Below, in pieces: positions 14,701-26,700 of a stretch of 64,000 bases of DNA (position 1 is its first letter; each line of letters starts with the position of its first letter). The stretch covers positions 67,084,001-67,148,000 of the forward strand of contig OZ287748.1 of assembly GCA_965649765.1 (NCBI GenBank). Direction: 5' to 3'. The translations under genes and the position numbers were made by a program. The notes under the pieces are model-generated. The model was not told the DNA's origin. It ran no database searches and was given only the letters and a program-made list of their open reading frames with translations. Source of the DNA: Bispira polyomma (Eukaryota).

Positions 14701-17700
14701 ATTGCTGAAGGTCAAATATACCTTTGACCTTAGGTGTGAAAGGTGTTGTGATTTCAAGAGATCTAGTGTATAGTGAGATCCTGGCATCATAAAGATCAGC
14801 GTGCTGTATGTTTAGCAGTTTGCAATTATGTCTAATTGCTGATAGATAATTGTTTATGGATTTAGGAGAGATGTTTGAGTGATGTAGAAATTCTAAACAA
14901 GATACAATGGTGCTGAAGCTGAAAACTTCAGTGATTTGGAAGTATGTCACAAACGAGAGATATAGTCTAAACTGTCCGTCATACATCTTCTTTGTCCTGG
15001 GTCTGTGGCTGTCTGTCATTCTCTGTTCTGCTTTTAGTAGTAACGGTCTAACAGAAGGTGAATTACCTACAATTAGAAGGTATTGTCCATTAAAAACATG
15101 TCGAGTGTAATCTCATGGTCTTTAAAATTTCTTAGTATTATTTCTTTACTAAGTTCATTGTTATGTCCTATGTCGTACCACCTAGATAGTGTATCTGCAA
15201 GGACATTGTCCTTGCCCCTTATGTGGTTAATGTCAAGTTCAATGTTAAGTGTTGCGCATATAAGCCATAAATTTCTGATGCATAAAGCGAGGTAGCTATC
15301 TCTTGTTTTTGACGACTGCACGACAGAAACCACTGCTGAATTATCCGACTTTACTTTAACCTTTTTGTCTCGCAGTTCTGTTCCCCATAATTTTAATCCT
15401 ATTAACACACCCAACATTTCGAAGTGTACGATAGATAAATCGCTTGTAATAAATGTGGGTATAGGAGTTTTAAACACATTAGTGTTATATGCACCCCCTA
15501 TTCCAGTAAGGCAAGCGTCTACGTATATCGTTGCTTCGTCTTCTCTATTATTGCTACTATATTTAGCTGTGCCATTAAATTGATGAAGGAATGTCAAAAA
15601 CCAATTGAGGTCTTTTCGGAAGTCGCTTGTGAGAGTGATCCATTTGCTACTTGTCGAATCACGTAATAGTGACAACATGCGGTTCATAAATACTCGAGAG
15701 GGTTTAATAACCCTGTGTACGTATAGGAGCTTTCCTAAAAGTGATTGGTATTTGTTTTTTCTCACTCGCTTTAAAGTTGTAAACTCTGCACAAGTTTCTA
15801 TTATTGTTTTCATCTTTTCGTCGTCTATACTAAGAGTTTTGTTACCGATGTCAATTGTGATGCCCATACATGTCACCTTTTTACTGGGGGCCACGAGTTT
15901 GTTTCTATTTATGGGAAGTCCTAGATCATCGAGTACTTGCTGCAAAGTGTTATAGGCTAAGGTAGCCTTATCTTCACTTTCGCAAATGATAAAACACCGA
16001 TGTAGTTGTACACACAAAAGCCTTTTTGTTTTAAAATATGAGTGACTGTGTCAGAAACCTTCATAAATATAGAAGTGCCTGTGTGAGGCCGAATGTTAAA
16101 CTAAGATCGATGTAATATTTGTTATCCCAAAAATAACCCAGTTTTAGGCAATCCCATGGGTCAACTCGAATATTTCTAAACGCGTTTTTTATGTCTACCT
16201 TTGCTAATGTTGCCTTGTCACCTAGACTGAGTAGTGTTGTCGTAATTTGGTCTATTGTTGGTAGTTTCAATGTGAAATCTATGTCGTCATATTTGTTCTT
16301 TACAGTCCAGTCATTGACAGAGGAGCCCTCAGGGTGTGAAAGATTTAAAATTAACCTTCTCTGGTTATTATCTTTTGGGCGGGTTAAAAGGGGAGAACAA
16401 TGAAACTCAGTGTCGATTGGTTCTTCAATGGGGCCAATAATTGTACCCTTACTTGTTTCCTCTGTGAAATATTTATCAATTTTTGTTGGGTATATAACAG
16501 CTGAATGATGGTTTTTAATCAATTTAGTATTTAGTCTACTTCTATCATATAGGGATATTGGCAACCAAAATTCGATGTAATCTAATATGGACTTATCTTC
16601 ATGATCTCTTAAGTAGTCTTTCCAACTATCCACATTAAGGTTAGACTTAACTGGGATTCTAGCCATCTTATAGTTGGGTAATCCTGTCGACTTAATAATG
16701 TCAGTCACTTGTATTAGTTTGTCGTATGAATTAATTTCTACAGGTTCCCTTGTAGGACCAACAAATTGTTCATACTTATTGTTATGCCCTATAAAACCAA
16801 ATGTCTTTTTTCTATCTGGTTTTCATGTCGAGTGTCTGTGTCATTGTTGTCGTCCTGGTTCAAGGTCAGTAAACTAACAATGTCTTGATGATGTGTAGCT
16901 CGTGTTGTGTGATTGTTTGTTTTCTCTAATTGAGGGCCACTTTTGAGTAACGTGTCATTCTGTTGTTTTAACAATTGCGAGTTGTTGTTTTGTTGTGTGT
17001 GTTTTGTGTGTATTTTATTTGTGATTGTATTCTGTGTCAAAGCCATACTCTTGTTATCTTGTTTACAGATCTCATCAATTATGTTGATGTAGTAATTAGC
17101 ATGGCTTACTTTGGTTTGTTTGTGTACTCTGGTCTTAATTTGGTTTCATGCTTTTGTATTTGTATGATTTTTTGCGTATGGTGGTTGAGTGTGTATATTG
17201 TACAGGCCATATTTGTGATATGGTCTGTGAAGTTTTATTCCACCAGACGTTTTCACTGTCTGTGATCTGTCTATATACCCCAGATATAGAGGGTTCTTTT
17301 GCACAACTTATATAAAATAATTCACTGGAACCATTCATAATACAGTCTGATCTAACATATATGTCTACATTATAATACAACATATTATCTATAGTGTTAG
17401 TACATGCAGGTAGTTGGTTAGACATTTGGTCAGACACTTTATATACACACAAATCATTACACCTCGGTTTGTTATTAATTGCTGTGTTAAGCTGTCTATT
17501 TTTTTTGTCTATAATCTACCTCTATGTCCCTTCTCTGGGAACAATGCACATTCTCAAACTTATCTACTTCTACTATATTATCATTGTTCTCAACGTCTGT
17601 CCCTAACTTTTCACTGTTCACCACGTGTTCCATTATTATATTCACATTACTACTATGTTCTTCACTATCGTACACTTGGAAAGGTATGTTTGGACTGGTC

Positions 17701-20700
17701 ATCATATCACTTTTAAATACACTCTCATTGTTCGTCCCTGCATTGAAACTATTATTAGACATAATGTACTCATATGGTGTTTCAAAATTAACATTATGTT
17801 TGCCTATATTCACACTAATATCAAGACTGGTTGGAGCAGTGGGTGCTGTCGGCAGCTCGTGGTCCTATTGAGGGGTTGTAGTAGGTGTTGGTTTTCCATG
17901 TAACTTGTAACACTGACTTTCGGGATGGGGATTTGCTCTTTTGTTCAACTTGTAACAGTGTGCGCATATATGACGGTATGTCATGGAGCCATTCTCGTGA
18001 TCAGCCTTATGTTGACATGTGTTCTTCTGGAAGTGTTTACACGGGGACTCGTTTTTGTTATTATCGGAATTGGTGGTGGTAGAATGAGAGATGAGAGCTT
18101 GGGAGTATGAGAGACGATTCATGTTCCATCTCGCTTTGTCATCCCAGGTTAACTGACCCTCCTCGATGTCATGCATATTGTGGGCGTACACGCCCTTGGC
18201 TACTTGCCATGATATGTTGCTCGCGTCTCTTAATGTATCCCCCAGCTGTTGTAGCATTGCTCGAGATGTTATAGGGTTTTGTGTTTCTAGAATGTTGCAA
18301 ATTTGTCCCGCGGCGAACTGTGAAACAGTTAAATCATCATAGGGGACTCGTTTTTTTGTGGATCCCGGTCAGGCATCCCTCATTAGGCCAACGGAATGTG
18401 GAATCTGAGGAACATATCTCGGAAACGTTATAATGGCCGGATTCCTTTTTGGTGTGCAGCTTACCCTGTAGTTGGTCTCCTGTTGCCCAGGCCTCATACT
18501 GAGCAAGTCGTCGGTTCACTTCTGTCTGTATAATGGAAGAGTGCCTTAATACATCAGCGGTGGGTAGGATTAGATTGCCTGCAACGTCTCGTGATGTGTT
18601 GTTCTGGGGGGTCGCGTGTGAGAGACCCTGTGTGGGGAGGTTATAGGGGTAAGACACATCCCCTGGAAATGTGGTGGGCTGCTGGATGCCCTGCAGAAAA
18701 TTATGTGTTGTTGACGTCGTACGTCTTGGAGCTGGAGTTGGTTTTGGACGCTGTGTTTCTGTCGCTTGTCTGTGACCGAACTGAGGGTTTTGTAGAGTAA
18801 AGGGGGTGTTGTGATGCTCAACACTTGGTGGCTTATTATTGGCAGTCTTTATTTCGGACACGTCCTGTTCTAGTTTAGAAACTGTTTGAGTAACGAGTCC
18901 ATCATGGTTTGTTGTTGTTTAAAGAAATCATGATAAATGTCGTTATTACTCACACTAGTCGTTGAGTCGGAAGGTAGATATTCTGCTCCTTCTATTATAG
19001 ATTCACTGTCTGTATCTTGGTTTTCTTCAATGTCTGTATTGATGGTCATATCCTGTAGTTGGCGTGTACACCTGTTACCCACTGGATGAGAGTGAGAAGT
19101 TAAACATCTAGAACATGATACTCCTGGTTGTGTTTTTTCTTTCCCCTTCCCATGTTAGCAATTTACCACACTATTATATCACAGTACAGAAATAGTAACT
19201 ATAACAGGATAAAAACTCTTATGTAAAAACTAAAACTTGTAAAACTTGATTGTGTAAAACGTAAATGCTTTTTTAAAATCCGATATGGCTTCCAATAGAA
19301 GAAAATTATATATGTTTACTGCTTGGTTTCAAGCTTAAAAGTGAACACACAAAGAACAGGCAGCAAAAGCCTCCAGTAAACAACTTACTGATACATGATT
19401 TTGATTGGTGTTTACATAAATAAATAAGCAGGTAACCAATCCATACAGTAAGCTACAGAAAATAAGAATACAGTAATGTCTTAATTATAAGGACTGAAGG
19501 GCCATGCTAATAAATTCGCAGTGACGTCTAAAGTCATCTTTTGAAGGCGAAACACATCACACATCAGAAAAATAGTACCATTTTTATATTACATCTGAGG
19601 TATGACAAATTTAAACGCTGTCTTAAAAGGAAAGTAGAACGGAATATGCATTATACTGATGCATTACACATTATTCATGGGCAAGTAATTGTCTTCAATG
19701 TAACAAGTAACATCAATTTTAATTTGACATACAGTTAACATATACCTGTACGGAGCTGTGTATGCCAGATTACTTTAGATTCCTTTAGGATCATGTACAC
19801 ATATTTACATTAATTGCTTTTTTTCTGACAGGCTTGTACGTTATGTTATTACAGTGCCTGATGTTGCTCAGGATTTAAAAGAAAGAGCTAAGAAGAAGGA
19901 AGAAAGACAAAGATGGTGGAGATTGAAAAGAAAAAAGTGGCCAAACTGAATGCCCAGCAAAATGAAAACCAGAATGGTAAATACGGTCATACCCATTTAA
20001 GTAGAGCTCTGATAAGTGGAAATACCTATTAAGTAGAGTTTATTGTGAAGTGGCATTGCTATATTTTTTGTTTAAATTTACACTGGTAAAAACAACACAT
20101 TCGTAAGGCCCCCTCAGATTCGACCTTACAGAGTGTCGCTGTGAGTACAATAAGTACAACTCTGTTAAGTTTATTTCCTTATAAATGTAGAGAATACTCT
20201 ATGGTTTCCAAAGGTCTTTTCTGATGATATCTAAGAATGTTGCTTGGAAAACCTTCTTTAATTTGACTGGACATGCTTTACTTCTATGTACAACATCTTA
20301 AGTGTAGCATAATCTGACAGTTTTATTAATATTGCATATTTTAGATGAAGAAGTTACCTTGACAGGCTTGACTGACCAGGAACAGACAGTATCCACAGAA
20401 ATGACTGTCACTGATAAGAAGCAGTATGATAATCTTGGTAACAATTATATCATTTATCAATAATGTAATACAAACATGAAGCTTATTATTGTAATATTTA
20501 AGAAATAAGTTGTTTTATGCATATACTGGTGTTTGACATAAAGGTGTTCATTGAGTAACTTACAGCTGAACCCTGTTAATTAGAACTCTGTGAAGTCAAA
20601 TTTACTTTTATGTGAAGTAAAATCAGTATTTTCACTGAGTCATTCTCAATTAAAATCTACCCCGTTTTGTGGAATAAATACTGCACTTGAACCCCTTCAG

Positions 20701-23700
20701 GTAGAACTATGTTAAGTAAAGTATCTTTTATGCCGAGAGAAGTCTGCAGTCTTACAAATGCCCTATATTTTGTAATCTAACCTGTTAAGTGGAAATCCTG
20801 CTTAAGAAGATGTCTTCTGATCCCTTGATGTTTGACATAAAGGTGTTCAACTTGATTACATATTTGTACCTCATACATTTATATAAAGTGCTAAATTACA
20901 AATATAAGTGGTATTTTACAGATCTTCCTGATATACAGCCAGTGAAAAGGAAAAAAAGAGGAAACCATCGAAGTTCATGCGGTATAATGAAATATTAAAT
21001 ATTTTTCAAAACAGTCAATTCATGAATTTTATAATAGTGAATAAGTCCTACAATTATTGGTGATTTAAGTTTGCAAGTGCTACACCTTATTAATGCGATG
21101 CAATACATGTATTAACAATTTTATTTACATTTACGATACAATTTTATTTACGTTTACAATAATTGAGTATCATTTCAGAAAATGTATTCTTGATTTTATG
21201 TAATGCATTTCAGATAGAGTGACAAATGAAATATATAACTGCCTTTATTGATGTAAATAATATTTATATAGTTATATAAATCCACACATATTTTTACTTT
21301 TTTTCTTTATATTTAGGTAAACCACTGAAGAAAGCCAAAAAGAAAACATTTACTCCTCCATTTCTTGATCCACATAGAAAAAAACCTCAGTAATATGTTT
21401 TTTTAAAACTTTAAAATGTACCAGACTTATATTGTACTGTTTATCTACGTTCGTCATATAAGTTAAACAACTTCTGTATGTTCCTGTATCTCTCATATGG
21501 CAAATTAAACTTTACCCCTTTTAAGTAGAATTTCTGTTCAGTAGAAAACATTTGGTGGTTCCTTCAGATTTGACTTGTTTTTTCATTAAAATATAATTGA
21601 TTGTTTTGTCAAAATTTTTATAAATAATAACACTTCCTATACTGTATTAATTTGTTTATTTTTGTACTTCACAATTGACGAGATGATAACTTTATTATCA
21701 GAACTACAGAATCCGACAACAGAGGACAGTAAAGAATCATTGCCAAGCACATCAAAGCATGTAATGATCCAGCAAGGTACTTACCTTCAGATCTTTAGTA
21801 TATGAATATAATTACATTATATTTTGCAACATTTAAAAGGAACTTTTCGTTTTGGAAGAAATTTAAAACTTATATTCTTATGACAAGGATAATTATGAAT
21901 AAGTTTAATTTTTAGTTGTTAAACTTTATTTGTAAACTTTAATAAATACCAAATTTTACAGCAGTTTCTCAATTCAATTATTTTTTTGTGGATTTCCTTT
22001 AAAAATTGATTTCAGAATGTTATTCCCAAATGGTCATTATATGTAAATAGATTGGCCTTTCATTTCAGTAAAAAACAAAAGGGTGTCCTCCAGAAAATCC
22101 ACCAAGTTGAATTATACAGCCTTAGACAATGGCGAGACAGAGAACATAGTTCTGGTGGTTTGTCCTACATGCCAGCTAATACAGAGGAGGATGAACTATT
22201 AAACATCCTTTGGTATGAGTGTGACTTTTGCCCACGGTGGTGGCACAGACATTGCTTGCCAGGACCACTACAAACAGAAGCTGACCTGTCAATTATCGAC
22301 CAGGTCAGCAAATTCAGATGCCCTGCGTGTCCTGCGCAAGCTATTTGTGCTAAGTGCTTTGCATGTTTATCTAACCTGGAAGCGGCCCAATGTACTCTTT
22401 GCCTTGCACAATATCATTTTCAATGTCTTCCAGAACAATACCAAATTGAGTATAGTATTTGTTTACAATATAGAAGCAAGTGCTACTGCGGAAAATGCTA
22501 TGAAGAATAAATACTGTAATATCTGTAATAAAGGCCCCCAGGGCTTTGCATTTTTTAAAAACAGGGGCTACTATTAAAGAAAACAATGTTAATATCTGGT
22601 GGCGTAACATAATATTAAGAAATCATATTAATATATATAAAACATGTAAAAAGCCTCCTGTAATATCTGAATGTAGACCCATGAAAGCTGTATTTTCATA
22701 CAATTATCTACTACATACAATTCACTATTTCAGCATTTTCAACACAGATATCTGATGACATTTTAGTGTAGCACCTTCTGAAATATTGTATTACTTTGTA
22801 ATTTAAATATAGAAAGTGGGTCTTTATTACAGGGAATATGGTATTTATCTTGACCACTTGCTAGATAAAACTGTTGTTAATTTCTCTTATTAAAAATGTT
22901 ACTCAGATTCAAAAAATTATTTGTAAAAGCTCTTTCGATGGTACATTTGTATTCGTTTATATTTACATTTCTACTTCTATGGTATTGACAGCGCTAATTA
23001 ACCATTTCTTGACTGTAATACTCAAATACATCATTTCCAGTCATTCTAATGACTGAAGAGAAAAAGTTTGAGGATGACCATTTATAAAAGTCTCCAAGGA
23101 TCTTCAGCCTGTCACTTATTCTTCAGTGGTCACATCTATGTGGCATTAGCTAGATAGAAGGAGCTACATAGTTAGGGATACTTGGAAACTTTGACCTATT
23201 TGTCTGCGTTCATGCCTACGGGCCATTTATTTATTTGGATAAAGAAATATATCTAGTTATTATTTATACCATTTAACCTGTAATTATTTGGAGTAAATTT
23301 TTTAGTGTGTTATTTCTATGTATATTCAACAGTAATATATTGAAACGTGGCAAAAAGTTACTATGGCTCTCCAGTACGTTTATCCGGTAGCATGACTGAA
23401 CACAGTTTCTGAACACGGTTTCGCCGAAGAAGCTCATCAGACGTGTTACACCTGCTTAGTTCGGGGTTAGTTGTAGGCTAACTGAGTGGAAATTTCCCCG
23501 TGAGTAGGGAAAACTGTTCATTGTAAAATAGTTTTTGTATACAGTATGGGATGGTTTATCCAAGTTCCACTCGTGTCTCATGATACCACGGTGGTGTTGA
23601 CCAATGGTGTCCTTATTGTTTTTGAAAGTGATGTTGTAAAAGTGACCTTGAAATCTGTTCATTAGTCTTCTTTTGGGTTGATTAACATACTGTGATTTGC

Positions 23701-26700
23701 AAGTTTTACAAGTGATACAATATATTAAATTTCCGCTTATATTCAATAGTAAGGTAACAAATACAGAGGGGGGACAGCGATTTGTGGTGAACAGCGTTTT
23801 GCCATAAATGTCAATATTACACCTAATCACTGTATAAAATTCATTTTAAAGGAATTATTTCCTTATTATAATATCCATATAACATACACAGGTGTACTAC
23901 ACAAATATCGAAAGTATTGTCTGCCCAAATAACTTTTGAATAAATTTAAAGTAACAACACAGCTAAATAAACAGTGGTACTGCTCAAAATGTGAGGTTGA
24001 TAATTAGACTGTTCTTCTGATGAGTTATTGGACTGAATTGCTGAATTTTTTCTATTTCTCATATTTTGCATCATAAAGATAAACTATTTCATATTATCAT
24101 TATTATTGTTAATCAAGCTTACAAGTAATATTTTAATGCAAATATTTATCAGTGCTTGAAAATGGCGAAATGCTGTCCACTTTGTAACCCAGTCCCTTTG
24201 GTTAATAAATTGTGGTTAAAATTCAGCAGAAAGACCTTCATGTAACTGGGTACGAGTCTGATTTGCATGCAATAGAACAACCTTCACAAATTACTTGTGA
24301 TTTGCCTTAACATTTCTTTCTTTTGCTCACATTTATCGTATGTTGAAATCCATTTTAATAAAATGAAAACTCTGTTTGTTACAAATTATTTATTGTTTTT
24401 CATGTTGTTATCTACATTCATATGTAATCTATTAAACGCTCTTGTTCAAGAATAATGTACAGATATAATCATTGTTACCTATAATATTTAACATTGACTG
24501 TTTAAATTATTTTTTTTGTAACCGATTATTAAATTCTCTAGGTAATAAATAAGTATTGTTCTAGTCATTTTATTGGTGTAGTTTAATGTGTAATATTCTA
24601 ATTGCTTGTCATCAGAACATTAATTTCTTTGGATGAAGTTTAATATATGTAGTCATTATTCATACCATTTAACCTGTAATATTTATATTATTTATCATAT
24701 AATTTCTCTACATGAATTTGTTACTTTTCAAACGTAAATAAATGTTTCCAAATATACTTTTCTTATTTCTTTCATTGTTTATATAAATTTGACCAATGAA
24801 TCATCACCATCCAGATAAATCATACACTTTTGGATAAAGTAAGCTAATCAGTCGACTAAAGCATAACATCCATGAAGTGGATATTGAGTCGTGAGCCCAG
24901 TTGATCTGAATGGCTATTTTATATTGCCTTGAAGGTAATGGAAAAGTTTTGAAATGTAGAAATATCGCCAAAATAATACAAAACTGTTCTGCATGAGTAC
25001 ATTATGCACACAGGTAGATTCTATGTTCCTTACATCTAATATGACCTCATATAGTACATTTTCGGTGTAGCTATTACTTCATGTTTACTATAATTTAATA
25101 ATGTTATGACTAGCTTAATCTTATAAGAAAACTTTCCCATTACCTTCAGATCAACTAAAATTACTTTTTGATCATTACATGTAATTAAAAGTTAAATACA
25201 AAAACAAATCATCAAAATTAAACAATTAAAAGTCTATTGCATGCTAAATATAGCCTTACAGCAAGCTAAATTTCTTAATATTACAGTATGCCTCGTTTTG
25301 AAAACTAGCTTGGTATTGATCCATTGTGTACTGAAAACAACAATGTTCCATATATGGAAAGGGCGACCCCCAAAGCCTTCACTCATGATCAACAGATGAT
25401 CTGTTTGTTGTTTTGCTTGGACAAGGTGTCCCAGTATGCAAGTACCGTTCAACTCGAAAAATTTTGTGGTGCATAAACAATTTATGTATCATCATAGTTT
25501 ACTACAGTTTGTAAATTTATTTTTAAAAAGTGTGCATTTTATGGATAATACTCTCTTCTTCAGAACAGTACCAAAAAGTTTAGTATTACGCAAATAAATA
25601 GTTAGTTCTTGGCGGGTTTTCTTCATTTATCGTTCAACTCGGCCACCACGGGTGTACTTTAAATAATTGTAATTGTACTAAGACTTTTATCGCGCTTAAT
25701 CAAAGGGGACTCTAAGGCACACCAGCACAAAAGACAGTAATCCAATTTCCAAAATCAAGGGATAGAAAAGGTCAGCCTCGAAAGAGTCCCCTAATAATGA
25801 TTTAATATACATTTAGGTTTACTGAGTAAAATTAATTCCAATTAAAAAATTTGTACTTATTAAATATTCATTAGCAGAGATACCATTACAATACTTAATG
25901 ATAAAGATTAGGACCATTTTTCAGCATATGTGCAATGCTTAGTGTTCATTAACATTTTAATTAAAAACTACTTTTAAATTTATTTGGCCTACAATTCTAT
26001 TCAGTTAAAGTATACCTCTAGAATAAATTATATATTTGTGTAGAGAAATAAAAGAAGCCATCTTACCTTATAAAAGATGGGCCAAGTGCTAGCTCAGTTT
26101 TATGAGTCTGTAGTGCTTCTTTCAGATCAGCAACTGCAGACACTAATTTGCCCTTCACTTCGACAAAAGCTATTTGTAGTTCATCCAAATCACCAAATAA
26201 GCGGTTGAAATAGTCCTCAATGGATTTCTTTGCCAGCTTCCTCCCTTCATTTTCCAAGAAAGTGATTGGTCTATTTCCAACTAATCGCTTCACTTGTGCG
26301 AATGTGAGTAGGAAAGAGACAAAATCAGAATCTTCCACACTGGGTAAGGGTTTCCTGAAAAGGTGTAATTGTTTGATTGGGTTCCCATCGATGGTATAAC
26401 CCATATACTCAGCAAGTGCAAGGAAGTCCTTTACCATGATGTCATAGTTATCACGAAGAGATTCTTCTATGCTCTTCAACTGGGCCCGTGTTGATACAAT
26501 GGTTTCTTGTTCAAAGCGGTTACTGTATGCAGAAATCAGATCATTTAAGTTACTTAAAGAAGTAGTGTTGGAGCTTCCCTCAAGCAAGAGTTCATTGGCA
26601 AGATCCAGTTTGCTAATTTTATCGTCTATATACATACCATGTATTAGGTTCACTCTACTTTCTATGTCATCCAGAGCTTTTACATCAAGTGAATCTGTTT

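Larger units (their letters stand above)
3757..22510 (+). pseudogene. Multi-exon pogo-like transposase (HTH_psq, CENP-B HTH, DDE_1, K-rich region, tandem PHD), disabled
   Basis: Exons ~3737-3821 (YDEEAFINAVTAVK), 9000-9173 (KAATLYGVPKTT..LTAEEE), 10390-10472, ~10815-11072 (WNVDEKG), 11621-11823 (HITTVHCISESG..PPYIIF), ~12277-12601 (LLIYD-x35-D in LQPVD), 13191-13432, ~13731, several small 19.5-21.8 kb exons (less certain), and ~22069-22510 (PHD x2). TAG stops at 12472 and 12496; frameshift near 22176. Confidence 0.85.
2958..25654 (+). mobile_element. pogo/Fot1-like (DD35D) DNA transposon, 22.7 kb including nested insertions
   Basis: Perfect 22-bp TIRs CACCCGTGGTGGCCGAGTTGAA (2958-2979 / 25633-25654), TA TSD on both sides, and transposase exons between them. 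Confidence 0.92.

Noticed and set aside
15083-17903. Multiple plus-strand ORFs overlapping Ngaro element 1
   Set aside because: Antisense shadows of the RT/RH/gag frames with no independent motifs.
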